A stretch of 45,592 nt of DNA from Acidimicrobiales bacterium (GTDB lineage Bacteria > Actinomycetota > Acidimicrobiia > Acidimicrobiales > CADCSY01): assembly GCA_051005375.1 (NCBI GenBank), contig JBPCJK010000151.1, forward strand, positions 1 through 45,592, in the 5' to 3' direction. The notes under the pieces were generated by a model, which saw nothing but the letters and a program-made list of their open reading frames with translations, did not search any database and was not told the origin of the DNA. A program made the translations under genes and the position numbers. Positions 16,762-26,816 of the stretch are shown here, piece after piece. How positions within the stretch are numbered: the stretch's first letter is position 1; every line of letters begins with the position of its first letter.

Positions 16762-17502
16762 TCAGTACCGCAGGGCGCGGGCCACGTCGCGGTAGAGCTC
16801 GGTGAGGGGGTGGTCGGGGTGGCGCAGGGCGAAGATCCCGGCGCTGGAGAGCTCCATCAGCTCGGGCGAGTGCGGCAGGACGGCGGCGACCTTGCACCCG
16901 TAGGCGTCCTCGACGCGTCGGCGCACCTCATCGAGGTCGAACATCGGCGGGGTGTTGTTGACCACCAGCACCATCTTCGGCACCCCAAGCTTGCGGGCCA
17001 CGCTGACCGTCACCTTCGTCCCCTCGAAATCCTGCTGATCGGGGCGCAGCACGATGGCGACGGCGTCGGACATGGCCAGGGAGAGCAGAGTCTCCTCACC
17101 CAGGCCCGGTGGGTGTCAAGGATCAACACATCGAGGGACAGGTCCCGGATCAGCTCCCTGAAGCCCTCGTTCAGCAAGCCCACGTCGTAGCCCTCGTGCA
17201 TCACCCGGGCGATGTCGTGGGCCTTGATGCTGGCAGGGACCAGCCACACCCGACCCTTCACGCCTTCCGGGGTCACGTCGTGGGCTGCTTCCTTGATCCC
17301 GCACTTTCCACACAGGTAATCGTTGAGGGTGCACCCGCAGGACATCCTGGTCGACCCCGAACAGGACGTGGATGCCAGGGGACTGCAGGTCGGTGTCGAC
17401 CACTGCCACATGGCGGCCCTCCCCGGCGATGAGGGCCGCGACGTTGGCGGTGGTGTTCGACTTGCCGGTGCCACCCCGGAAGGAGTGGATGGAGGCGATC
17501 AA
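16762..17502 (-). pseudogene. MinD/ParA-family P-loop ATPase, two apparent frameshifts
   Basis: Deviant Walker A IHSFRGGTGKSN (17502 frame). The middle part TLNDYLCGKCGIKEAAHDVT...LLNEGFRELIRDLSLDVLILDTH is in another frame. The C-terminal part PGLGEETLLSLAMSDAVAIVLRPDQQDFEGT...VVNN... returns to the first frame. The second shift is a one-base deficit in a C-run near 17105-17107. Confidence 0.7.
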
Positions 17503-17531
17503 GGCTGGCCCGTCATGGCGCCAGGTTAGGG

Positions 17532-18957
17532 CTAAGGCCGGGAGGCGATGCGGAGCTGCTCGGCCTTCTCCTGGAGCCGTCGGAAGTAATCCGACTCGGT
17601 GATCTCCTCGACCTGGCGGTCTGTCCGGGCGTCGTCGATCTCGATGCGCAGCTGACGAACCTCCTGGCGCAGGCGCTGCTCGCGGGCAGCCACCTCGCGG
17701 GCCATTCGCTGGAACACCCGGGCCAGTTGCCCGAGGGCGTCTTCCCGCCCCCCGACCTGGTCGAGGCAGTCGGGGTGAAACGTACCCGCCTCCATGGCTC
17801 CGGCGGCACCGGTGACATGATCGACCTGCTCGACGTAGTCCACCATCTCCTCGAACAGCCTGGCGTTCTCGATGGCGCCGGTGATCTGGCCGGCTACGGT
17901 CTCGGCCAGGGAGATCTCGGCGGTGGAGAAGCTGCGCCCGGGGCGGTCGGTCTCCAACAGCAGCGCTCCGATGATCTCGCTGCGTAGCTGCAACGGGACG
18001 ACGAGCAGCCCGTGGGCGCCCCGCTCCGCCAGGATGCGGCCAAGCTCGGTCCCCACGCCCGGGTCCTCAGCACCGGACAACGCCATGGGGGCGGGGCCGG
18101 CCACCAGCCTCTGGAGGGCCGGGCTGTCGTCGACGCGCAGGACCCGGCCTCGCAACGGGGGGGCGACCGCCCCGTCCACGGTGCTGTCAGCGGTAGTGGA
18201 AACCGTCCGGAGATCCCGGTCGAGCAGGGCGACGGCTGCGGTGCGGACGTCGAAGATCGAGAGCATCTCCGCCGACACGACGTGGAGGGCCCGGTGCAGG
18301 TCCCGCTCGTCGGCGACGGTCTGGGTGATGCGGTTCAGCACCCGTAGCTCGGCCAGCCTGGACACCAGGCCCGAGGTCATGGCGCCGGCGAAGGCGGCGA
18401 TGATGAAGCCGATCCCATCCGGAACGAGATCGACACCAACAGCAGCTCGTTACCGAACGTCACCCGGCCGTAGAGCTCCCGCATGGTGTACAGCACGGTA
18501 CGGCGGCCATCGTCCACAGCGCTCCTCGGAGCTGGAACAACGCCGCCGCCCCGAGAGGGATGATGTAGAGCACGGCCCAGATCGCCGTCTCGGGGTCGAA
18601 GGTGTAGGCGTAGACCAGGGCCATGATGGCGATCCCGTCGATCAGCACCGAAGCCAGGGCCAGCCGGCCGGTGGCGGCGCCGCCGGCAGCACGCGTCAGG
18701 GTGATCCAGATCCCGGCGTTGCCGAAGAGCAGCACGCCGACGGCGGCGACTGCCCAGGCGAGGACACCGGGCGGGTAGGGACGGTAGTAGGTCACCACCT
18801 GGACGACGGCCCAGGCGATCGCCGCCCAGCGGATGGTGGCGAGGTTCCTCACCGTGCGCAGCTGCCGCGACGGCTCCAGGCCGAGGCGGCCTGCGTGCCC
18901 CCCGTGCCTGCCGTAGGCCATGGCGCCATGATGCCACCAACGGCGCGTCCGGCTCAC
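17532..18957 (-). pseudogene. membrane (5-6 TM) GAF-domain sensor with C-terminal coiled coil, two apparent frameshifts
   Basis: The N-terminal TM region is in ORF 18460..18957 (alternative ATG at 18921). The linker TVLYTMRELYGRVTFGNELLLVSISFRMG is in a second frame. The GAF domain plus ...QLRIEIDDARTDRQVEEITESDYFRRLQEKAEQLR is in ORF 17532..18380. Shifts lie near 18499 and 18414 (a homopolymer). Confidence 0.65.
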
Positions 18958-19004
18958 GCAGACCGTGTCCCTCGGGCAGGGCCGGAGCCTGGAACACTGG
19001 GGCG

Positions 19005-20744
19005 GTGCAGGTCCACCACCACCGCTACGACGCCGTCATCGTGGGAGCCGGCGGAGCCGGGCTGCGGGCGGCCATCGAGGTGGCGGGCAGGTGCCGGGTG
19101 GCGGTCCTGTCCAAGCTGCACCCCACCCGGTCCCACACCGGGGCGGCCCAGGGGGGCATGTGCGCAGCGCTGGCCAACGTGGAGGAGGACTCGGCCGAGT
19201 GGCACACCTTCGACACGGTCAAGGGGGGCGACTACCTGGTTGACCAGGCAGCGGCACGCATCATGTGCGCCGAAGCCGTCGACGCCGTCATCGAGCTCGA
19301 GCACTACGGCCTGCCGTTCAACCGCACACCCGACGGGCGCATCGACCAGCGCCGCTTCGGGGGCCACACCCGCAACCACGGAGAGGCGCCGGTACGCCGG
19401 GCCTGCTACTCGGCCGACCGCACCGGGCACATGATACTCCAGACCCTCTACCAGCAGTGCGTCAAGCGGGGCGTCACCTTCTTCGACGAGTACATGGCGC
19501 TGGACGTGGCCCTGGTCGAGGGCCGGGTGGCCGGCGTGGTGGCCTACGAGCTGGCCACCGGCGACCTCCACGTCTTCGCCACCAAGGGCCTGCTGTTCGC
19601 CACCGGCGGCTTCGGCAAGATGTTCAAGGTCACCTCCAACGCCCATGCCCTGACCGGCGACGGCCCCGGCCTGCTGTTCCGCCGGGGCATCCCCCTGGAG
19701 GACATGGAGTTCTTCCAGTTCCACCCCACCGGCATCTACAAGCTGGGGATCCTGTTGTCGGAGGCAGCCCGGGGCGAGGGGGGGGTGCTGCGCAACGCCG
19801 ACGGTGAGCGCTTCATGGAGCGCTACGCCCCCACGGTCAAGGACCTGGCCCCGCGCGACATGGTGTCGAGGGCCATGCTCACCGAGATCCGAGCGGGCCG
19901 GGGCATCGGCCCTGACGCCGACTACCTGCACCTCGACCTCACCCACCTGCCTCCCGAGCAGATCGATGCCAAGCTCCCCGACATCGCCGACTTCGTGCGC
20001 ACCTACCAGGGCCTCGAGCCCAAGGTCGACCTCATCCCCGTCCAGCCCACCGCCCACTACGCCATGGGCGGCATCCCCACCAACACCGACGCCGAGGTGG
20101 TGGTCGACGCCACCGGCACCGTGGTCCCCGGTCTCTACGCCGCCGGCGAGTGCGCCTGCGTCTCGGTGCACGGGGCCAACCGCCTTGGCACCAACTCCCT
20201 GCTCGACATCGTCGTCTTCGGCCGGCGCGGGGGCCAGGCCATGGCCGCCTTCGTGGCCGGCGCCGCCCAGGTCCCGCTGCCCGGCGACGCCGCCACCGAC
20301 GTCGAGCACCGGATCGAGGCGATGAAGACCGGCTCCGGAGGCGAGCGGGTCGCCCAGGTCCGCCAGGAGCTGCAGTCGGCCATGATGGAGCTGGCATCGG
20401 TGTTCCGCACCGACGAGAGCCTGGAGGAGATGGGGGCGGTGCTGGGCGACCTGCGCCGCCGCTACCACGATGTCGCCATCGACGACAAGGGCCGGGTCTT
20501 CAACTACGACCTCACCGAGGCCCTGGAGCTGGGCTACCTCATCGACCTGGCCGAGGCGCTGGTGGTGTCGGCCCGGGCCCGCACCGAGAGCCGAGGGGCG
20601 CACTCCCGCGACGACCACCCCGCCCGCGACGACGCCAACTGGATGCGCCACACCCTGGCCCATCGCCAGAGGGACGGGGCCATCGGCCTGGACTACAAGC
20701 CGGTCGACGGCGGGCTCTACCAGCCCATGGAGCGCAAGTACTGA
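19005..20744 (+). CDS. sdhA: succinate dehydrogenase / fumarate reductase flavoprotein subunit
   Basis: 579 aa. FAD-binding YDAVIVGAGGAGLRAA, the histidine-flavinylation region SHTGAAQGG, and HPTG, RGEGG, HGANRLG motifs. Confidence 0.9.
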   Translation: MQVHHHRYDAVIVGAGGAGLRAAIEVAGRCRVAVLSKLHPTRSHTGAAQGGMCAALANVEEDSAEWHTFDTVKGGDYLVDQAAARIMCAEAVDAVIELEHYGLPFNRTPDGRIDQRRFGGHTRNHGEAPVRRACYSADRTGHMILQTLYQQCVKRGVTFFDEYMALDVALVEGRVAGVVAYELATGDLHVFATKGLLFATGGFGKMFKVTSNAHALTGDGPGLLFRRGIPLEDMEFFQFHPTGIYKLGILLSEAARGEGGVLRNADGERFMERYAPTVKDLAPRDMVSRAMLTEIRAGRGIGPDADYLHLDLTHLPPEQIDAKLPDIADFVRTYQGLEPKVDLIPVQPTAHYAMGGIPTNTDAEVVVDATGTVVPGLYAAGECACVSVHGANRLGTNSLLDIVVFGRRGGQAMAAFVAGAAQVPLPGDAATDVEHRIEAMKTGSGGERVAQVRQELQSAMMELASVFRTDESLEEMGAVLGDLRRRYHDVAIDDKGRVFNYDLTEALELGYLIDLAEALVVSARARTESRGAHSRDDHPARDDANWMRHTLAHRQRDGAIGLDYKPVDGGLYQPMERKY

Positions 20745-20823
20745 CCTCTACCGAGGAATTGTGGAGGATCGCCGTCGCTCACCGACCTCGAAGCTCCACA
20801 ATGGGCCGGTGCCCCCCGAGACG

Positions 20824-21528
20824 ATGACGGTCACCCTGCGGGTCAAGCGTTATGACCCCGAGGTCGACCGCAAGCCCCGCTGGCAGGACTTCACCGTGCC
20901 GGGCATGCACCGCACCGACCGCGTCCTCGACCTGCTGCACCAGGTCCGGTGGTTCCACGACGGTTCACTCAGCTTTCGCCGCTCGTGTGCCCATGGGGTG
21001 TGCGGCTCCGACGCCATGGTCATTAACGGGGAGAACGCCTTGGCCTGCCAGGTCCTGCTGGCCGACGCCGGCGCCCACGTCACCGCCGAGGCCATTCGCG
21101 GCCTTCCCGTGATCAAGGACCTGGTGGTTGACATGGCGCCCTTCTTCGCCCAGTACCGCTCGGTGCTCCCCTGGCTGATCACCCCGAGCGACGACCCCGG
21201 CTACGGCGAACGTCGCCAGAGCCCCGAGGAGCGGGAGCGGTTCGACGACACCACCAAGTGCATCCTGTGCGCCGCCTGCACCACGTCGTGCCCGGTGTTC
21301 TGGGCCAACGGCAGCTATGTGGGGCCCGCCGCCATCGTCCAGGCCCACCGCTTCATCTACGACTCCCGGGACGAGGGAGCTGCGCAGCGGCTCGATGTGT
21401 TGAACGACCGCTCCGGGGTGTGGCGCTGCCGGACGGCGTTCAACTGCACCAACGCCTGCCCTCGAGGGATCAAGGTCACCCAGGCCATCCAGGAAGTGAA
21501 ACGGACAATCCTCTCGGATCGGGTTTGA
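20824..21528 (+). CDS. sdhB: succinate dehydrogenase iron-sulfur subunit
   Basis: ATG at 20824 gives MTVTLRVKRYDPE... Cys clusters SCAHGVCGSDAMVING, CILCAACTTSCP and CRTAFNCTNACPRG are typical of SdhB. Confidence 0.9.
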   Translation: MTVTLRVKRYDPEVDRKPRWQDFTVPGMHRTDRVLDLLHQVRWFHDGSLSFRRSCAHGVCGSDAMVINGENALACQVLLADAGAHVTAEAIRGLPVIKDLVVDMAPFFAQYRSVLPWLITPSDDPGYGERRQSPEERERFDDTTKCILCAACTTSCPVFWANGSYVGPAAIVQAHRFIYDSRDEGAAQRLDVLNDRSGVWRCRTAFNCTNACPRGIKVTQAIQEVKRTILSDRV

Positions 21529-21664
21529 AGAATCCCTCTACGTGAGAAAAAAGTTCGGGTTTTGGCTGACATGGCCGGCGACGACTGCAATGATCTCGGC
21601 TGAGCGGCGGTAACCCACTCTCCGTCACTCTGGATGCACACAGAGCATTGGGGGAGCAGGGAGC

Positions 21665-23311
21665 ATGGCTCGACGGAAACCCACGCTGGCGGTCCCGGCC
21701 GCGCCGGCGCCCACCGGCCGCGACGTGGACATCGGTGACATGGCGGTCGGTGAGCTGGCCCCTGCCCCTCCCGCCCTCCCCGAGGCGCTCGGACCGCTCA
21801 CCGCCGGCTGCCTGAGCCGGTTTCGCACGGCCTTCCCCCGTCCGGGCCAGGCCATGGCCGCCACCGGGCTGGTGCTGGCCTCGGCCACCATGGCATCCCT
21901 GGGACTGGTGGCCGTCCACGCCCTCCCGTCCGCCCGGGGGGCAGAGGCCAGCCGGAGCCCCGTCGGCTCCCAGCTCCTGGCGGCGGGGGTGGCGGAGACG
22001 CTCGCCCCCGCCATCCCGCCCCCTCCGGCTCCCGAAGGGGGCAAGGTCGCCGGCTCCCCAGAAGCTCCCCCTGCCCTCCCCCCTGCACCGTCCCCTCCCG
22101 ATGAGGAGCTACGACTGAGCCGGGTCAGCGACCCCACTGTGGCCAAGATCTCCTCCCCGCCGCTCGTCGGACCGCCCACCGACCCGGTCGGGCCCGCCCC
22201 GGCCCCGGCGCCGGCGGGCCTGAGTCGGTTGTCGCACTCGGAGGTGCTGGCCAGCCTGGCGGTACCCGAAGCTGTGCGTGACGCCGTCGTCCCCACCGAT
22301 GCCGGCGCACTCCCACTGGGCAAAGGCATGTGGCTGTACATCCCCGAGGAGATCGAAGGCGGCGACATCAACGCCCTGGTGGCCCGGGCCCAACAGGTCG
22401 GCCTCACCCACGTCTACGTCCGCACCGGGTCATCCCGGGCCGGGTTCTACGCCCAGAACTACCTCGACCAGCTCCTGCCCAAGGCCCACGCCGCCGGCAT
22501 CCGGGTCTACGGCTGGGACTTCACCTACCTCGACGATGTCGACGCCGACGTGGCCAGGTCGGTCGCCGCCATCACCTACACCACGCCGAGCGGTGACCGC
22601 ATCGACGGCTTCGCCGCTGACATCGAGACGACCTCGGAGGGCACCAACCTCACCGCTGAGGGGGCAGCGGCCTACGGGTATCGGCTGCGTGAGGCGGTGG
22701 GGACGGCCTACCCGCTGGTGGCGGTGGTGCCCCGGCCGTCGCCGTTGAACCAGGCCCGCTACCCCTACGCGGCGGTGATACCCCCCTTCGACGCCGTGGC
22801 CCCCATGACCTACTGGCTCAACCGTCAGCCCGACACCGACGTGGTCAACGACGTCAGCTTCCTCGCCCCCTTCGGCAAACCGGTGGTCCCGATCGGCCAG
22901 GCCTACGACGGTTTCGCCGAGGGCGGGAGGTCGGGTCCACCCCCGCCTGAGGAGATCCAGCGCTTCATGGCGGCGGCCGAGCAGGTGGGTGCGGCGGGAG
23001 CCTCGTTCTGGTCATGGCAGGACGTCACCCAGGCCATCTGGGACACCATCCAGGCCGCCCCCGAGTTCCGGTGGGAAGCCAAGCCCCCGGAGGAACTACG
23101 AGCGGACCAGGTACGGGCCCTGCAGGTGCAGCTCACCCACCTCGGCCACCCGGTCGCCGCTTCCGGCGGATGGGACGACGCCACCACCGAGGCGCTGGGC
23201 GCATACCAGGAACGGGCCCACCTGCCCCCGACCGGTGTCCTCGACACCAACACCCTGGCCGTGCTGCTGCGGCCGTTCAACCCACCGGTGCGCGCCCCGG
23301 CCGGCGGCTAG
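21665..23311 (+). CDS. membrane-anchored Pro-rich protein with glycoside-hydrolase-like TIM-barrel region and C-terminal peptidoglycan-binding domain
   Basis: 548 aa. One TM segment near residue 65, then a long P/A-rich linker. The core is MWLYIPEE...THVYVRTGSS...IRVYGWDF...DGFAADIE. The C-terminal LQVQLTHLGHPVAASGGWDDATTEALGAYQERAHLPPTGVLDTNTLAVL resembles PG_binding_1. Confidence 0.65.
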   Translation: MARRKPTLAVPAAPAPTGRDVDIGDMAVGELAPAPPALPEALGPLTAGCLSRFRTAFPRPGQAMAATGLVLASATMASLGLVAVHALPSARGAEASRSPVGSQLLAAGVAETLAPAIPPPPAPEGGKVAGSPEAPPALPPAPSPPDEELRLSRVSDPTVAKISSPPLVGPPTDPVGPAPAPAPAGLSRLSHSEVLASLAVPEAVRDAVVPTDAGALPLGKGMWLYIPEEIEGGDINALVARAQQVGLTHVYVRTGSSRAGFYAQNYLDQLLPKAHAAGIRVYGWDFTYLDDVDADVARSVAAITYTTPSGDRIDGFAADIETTSEGTNLTAEGAAAYGYRLREAVGTAYPLVAVVPRPSPLNQARYPYAAVIPPFDAVAPMTYWLNRQPDTDVVNDVSFLAPFGKPVVPIGQAYDGFAEGGRSGPPPPEEIQRFMAAAEQVGAAGASFWSWQDVTQAIWDTIQAAPEFRWEAKPPEELRADQVRALQVQLTHLGHPVAASGGWDDATTEALGAYQERAHLPPTGVLDTNTLAVLLRPFNPPVRAPAGG

Positions 23312-23346
23312 GCCCCGGCCCCCGGCTCCGTCTGGGAGGATGGCGG

Positions 23347-23736
23347 GTGGCCCGCTTTCTAAGTCCCCAGTGGCTCGACGACGCCGCCGCCTGCGCCGCC
23401 GCCAGCCCCGAGCTGGCCGGGGCGACGGTGGGAGTGCGCCTGCGGGTGCAGCAGGTGGTGACCGGTGGGCCCGACGGCGAGGTCAGGTACAGCGTCTCGA
23501 TCAACGACGGCCAGGTCGAGCTGTGCAGCGGCTTCCAGCCAGACGCCGATGTCACCTTCGTGGCCGATTGGGCCACGGCGGTGGCCATGGCCACCGGCAC
23601 CGTCGCCGCTCAGGAGGCCTTCACCACCGGCCGGCTCCAGGTACGGGGCGACATCGACGCCCTCCTGCGCCACGGCCCGGCCCTGGTGGGTCTGGACGCC
23701 GTGTTCGCCTCGGTCAGGGAGCAGACGACCTACTGA
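23347..23736 (+). CDS. SCP2 sterol-binding-domain protein
   Basis: GTG at 23347 gives VARFLSPQWLDDAAA...DVTFVADWATAVAMATGTVAAQEAFTTGRLQVRGDIDALL, the typical SCP2 pattern. Confidence 0.65.
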   Translation: MARFLSPQWLDDAAACAAASPELAGATVGVRLRVQQVVTGGPDGEVRYSVSINDGQVELCSGFQPDADVTFVADWATAVAMATGTVAAQEAFTTGRLQVRGDIDALLRHGPALVGLDAVFASVREQTTY

Positions 23737-24131
23737 GAGAAGCCGGAACTCAGGCCGACGACCACGAAGATGCCCATGAACAGGACGAAGACGCCGATCC
23801 CGATCCAACCGAGGATGATGCCGGCGGTGGCCATGCCGTCGCCGGCCTCCCCCCGCTCCTTGATCTGGCGCTTGGCCATGTAGCCGAACACCAGGGCGAG
23901 GATGGAGCCGATCCAATAGATCCAGATGATGCCGAGCACCATGGAGGCGATGGCCATGCCGTTGGTGGCGCGTGGGGGCGGGTACGGGGCCTGGGGCAGG
24001 GAGTAGCCGCCCCCGGGTGGCGGCGGCCAACCTTGCCCGGGCTGGCCTTGCCCGGGCTGGCCTTGCCCGGGCTGGCCCCATGACGGCGGCGAATCGCTGC
24101 CGGGATTGCTTCCCCATTCCGGTGTGGTCAT
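23730..24131 (-). CDS. DUF4190-like small membrane protein (paralog 1)
   Basis: MTTPEWG... with a P/G/Q-rich N-terminus, then NGMAIASMVLGIIWIYWIGSILALVFGYMAKRQIKERGEAGDGMATAGIILGWI. AGGAG lies 6 nt before ATG 24131. The longest ORF extends to 24161. Confidence 0.7.
   Translation of the reverse strand: MTTPEWGSNPGSDSPPSWGQPGQGQPGQGQPGQGWPPPPGGGYSLPQAPYPPPRATNGMAIASMVLGIIWIYWIGSILALVFGYMAKRQIKERGEAGDGMATAGIILGWIGIGVFVLFMGIFVVVGLSSGFSQ
24031..24075. repeat. 15-bp in-frame tandem repeat x3 (encodes QPGQG x3)
   Basis: CCTTGCCCGGGCTGG is repeated three times head to tail inside the DUF4190 paralog 1 N-terminal region. Confidence 0.85.
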
Positions 24132-24290
24132 TGGCTGCTCCTGGTTCGACGGGAGGGGCATCCTGCCACGCCGCCCTCAGGTCTGGTTACGACGCGTCAT
24201 CTCGCCGCCAACCTCTGGATCGACGGCGGTTCGCTGGGGCGAGCTCCACTCGGCCCAGCGAGCGAACCACGGCCAAGGCGGAGGAACGGG

Positions 24291-24650
24291 CTACCGGGCG
24301 ATGAAAGCGATGATGGCGCCCAGGACGTACAGGGACAGGATCCCCACACCGATCCAGCCGAGGACGATGCCGGCGGTGGCCATCCCGCTTCCAGCTTCGC
24401 CCCGCTCCCTGATCTGGCGCTTGGCGATGTAGCCGAAGATCAGGGCCAGGATCGACCCCAACCACATGAGCCAGATGATGCCGAGCACCATGGAGGCGAT
24501 GGCCATCCCGTTGGTGCGGGCTTGGGCACCGTAGTACGGGGGCGGGGGCGGGAAGTTCCCACTCGCCGGCGGCGGCGGCACCTCCTGCCCGGGCTGGCTC
24601 CACGACGACGGCGGTCGGCTACCGGGTGGGCCCCATTCCGGCGTGGTCAT
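24291..24650 (-). CDS. DUF4190-like small membrane protein (paralog 2)
   Basis: MTTPEWGPPGS...NGMAIASMVLGIIWLMWLGSILALIFGYIAKRQIRERGEAGSGMATAGIVLGWI. Clearly paralogous to 23730..24131 at both nucleotide and protein level. Confidence 0.7.
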   Translation of the reverse strand: MTTPEWGPPGSRPPSSWSQPGQEVPPPPASGNFPPPPPYYGAQARTNGMAIASMVLGIIWLMWLGSILALIFGYIAKRQIRERGEAGSGMATAGIVLGWIGVGILSLYVLGAIIAFIAR

Positions 24651-24783
24651 CGCTGGTCCTTCCCCGAAGTTGGTAGTCGCCCGGCGCAGCGGTTGCGACA
24701 TCCTGCCATAGGGCTCGCCAGGCTTGTGACGGCCGCCGTCAGCGCTCGAACAGACCGGCCACCCCCAGGGCGGATCGAAGAGC

Positions 24784-25776
24784 TCAGCCGACCAGGCCGA
24801 GCTGCTCGACGGACTGGCGCTCCTCGGCCAGCTCGGCCACCGAGGCGTCGATGTGGGAACGGGAGAAGTCGTCGATGTCGAGCCCGCCCACGATCGACCA
24901 CCCCCCGTCGGCGCACACCACCGGGAAGGAGCTCACCAGGCCCTTGGGCACGCCGTAGGCGCCGTCGGAGAACACCGCCATCGACACCCAGTCGCCCTTG
25001 GGGGTCCCGCCCACCCAGTCGCGTACGTGGTCCACCGCGGCGGACGCCGCCGACGCCGCGCTGGAGGCGCCCCGGGCGGCGATCACCTCCGCCCCCCGCT
25101 GCTGGACTCCGGGGATGAACTCTTGCTCCACCCACCGCCGGTCGCCGCCGATGGCCTCCAAGGCGCTGACCTCGCCCGCCCGGGCATGGAACAGGTCGGG
25201 GTACTGGGTGGCCGAGTGGTTGCCCCAGATGGTCATGCGAGAGACGTCCGCCACCGGCGTCGCCAGCTTGGTCGCCAACCGCGCCCGGGCCCGGTTGTGG
25301 TCCAGACGGGTCATGGCCGAGAACTGACGAGGGTCGATCCCGGGGGCGTTGCCCTGGGCGATGAGGCAGTTGGTGTTGGCGGGGTTTCCCACCACCAGCA
25401 CCCGCACCCCCCGTGCAGCGTGGTCGGCCAGGGCCCGGCCCTGGACGGTAAAGATGGCCCCGTTGACCTGCAGCAACTCCGAACGCTCCATGCCCTTGGT
25501 CCGCGGCCGGGAACCGACCAGCAGGGCGAAGTCGGCGCCGTCGAAGGCCTCACCGACGTCGTCGGTCCCCAACACCGTGGCCAGCAACGGGAAGGCGCAG
25601 TCGACCAGCTCCATGGCCACGCCCTCCAGGGCACGCAGGGCCGGGGTGATCTCCAACAGCCGCAGCTCGACGGGCTGGTCCAGGCCCAGCATGGCCCCCG
25701 AGGCGATGCGAAAGGCCAAGCTGTAGCCGATCTGACCCGCCGCACCGGTGACGGCTACTCGTACGGGTCGCTCCAT
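24784..25776 (-). CDS. mdh: malate dehydrogenase
   Basis: ATG at 25776 gives [27 protein letters not shown]...[10 protein letters not shown]...MTRLDHNRA...IWGNHS, typical of the long-form MDH family. Confidence 0.9.
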   Translation of the reverse strand: MERPVRVAVTGAAGQIGYSLAFRIASGAMLGLDQPVELRLLEITPALRALEGVAMELVDCAFPLLATVLGTDDVGEAFDGADFALLVGSRPRTKGMERSELLQVNGAIFTVQGRALADHAARGVRVLVVGNPANTNCLIAQGNAPGIDPRQFSAMTRLDHNRARARLATKLATPVADVSRMTIWGNHSATQYPDLFHARAGEVSALEAIGGDRRWVEQEFIPGVQQRGAEVIAARGASSAASAASAAVDHVRDWVGGTPKGDWVSMAVFSDGAYGVPKGLVSSFPVVCADGGWSIVGGLDIDDFSRSHIDASVAELAEERQSVEQLGLVG

Positions 25777-25877
25777 CACCCCAGTCAACCCGGATCGACC
25801 ACGAGCCCGCCGAACCGGCCTGCGAACCGCTGCGGAAACCGACGCCATCGGCAGGCCAGAAGGGAACCGCGAGAGGG

Positions 25878-26816
25878 TCAGGCGGCGACCGGCGCCCGGG
25901 CGTCAACTCCGGCCTCGGTCTCGGTCTCGGCTTCGGCCGCCGGGGTGGGCACGGCCTCGAGGGCCAGGGCCAGGACCTCCCGGACGTCGGAGACAAGGAG
26001 GAAGGTCATGGCCTCCCGGACGGCCTCGGGAACGTCGTCGAGGTCGGCCTCGTTGCGAGCCGGTAGGGCAACCTCGGTCAGCCCCGCCCGGTGGGCGGCG
26101 AGCACCTTCTGCTTGACGCCGCCGATGGGCAGGACCTTGCCCTGCAACGTGACCTCGCCGGTCATCCCCACCACCGGGCGCACGGAACGACCGGTGAGCA
26201 GGCTGACCAGCGCCGTGGCCATGGCCACCCCGGCCGACGGTCCATCCTTGGGCACGGCCCCGGCGGGCACGTGCACGTGGAACCTACGGCCCTCGAAGGC
26301 CGTGGCATCCACGCCGAGCTCGTCGGCGTGGGAGCGCACGAAGGAGCGAGCGATCTCCGCCGACTCCTTCATGACGTCGCCGAGCTGGCCGGTGAGGGAC
26401 AGGCCGGGTTCCCCGGGCATGGAAGTGGCCTCCACGAACAGCACCTCACCGCCAACGCCGGTCACGGCCAGGCCGGTTGCGACCCCGGGGACAGAGGTGC
26501 GCTCGGCCACCTCGGAGTAGAATCGGCGCCGACCGATCAGCGGGCGCAAGGCGGGCGCGTCGATCACCTCGACGGCCTCGACGGCGTCGTCGGCGGCGGC
26601 CTCGGTCGGGCCCACCACTTCGCCGGCCCCCGCCACCCGGGTGGCCAGCTTTCGCAGCACCCGGGAGAGCTGGCGCTCCAGCTCCCGCACACCGGCTTCC
26701 CGGGTGTAGCCCGATGCCAGCTCGACCAGGGCGTCGTCAGCCACCACAACCTCGCCTTGGTGCAGGCCGGTGCGCTCCAGCAGGCGGGGCATGAGGTGGT
26801 CCCGGGCGATGGCCAC
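25878..26816 (-). CDS. lon: Lon protease, C-terminal fragment (proteolytic domain)
   Basis: [11 protein letters not shown]...[12 protein letters not shown]...[18 protein letters not shown] (catalytic Ser context)...[26 protein letters not shown]. Continues from 26737..28311 after a one-base frame change. Confidence 0.85.
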   Translation of the reverse strand: MAIARDHLMPRLLERTGLHQGEVVVADDALVELASGYTREAGVRELERQLSRVLRKLATRVAGAGEVVGPTEAAADDAVEAVEVIDAPALRPLIGRRRFYSEVAERTSVPGVATGLAVTGVGGEVLFVEATSMPGEPGLSLTGQLGDVMKESAEIARSFVRSHADELGVDATAFEGRRFHVHVPAGAVPKDGPSAGVAMATALVSLLTGRSVRPVVGMTGEVTLQGKVLPIGGVKQKVLAAHRAGLTEVALPARNEADLDDVPEAVREAMTFLLVSDVREVLALALEAVPTPAAEAETETEAGVDARAPVAA

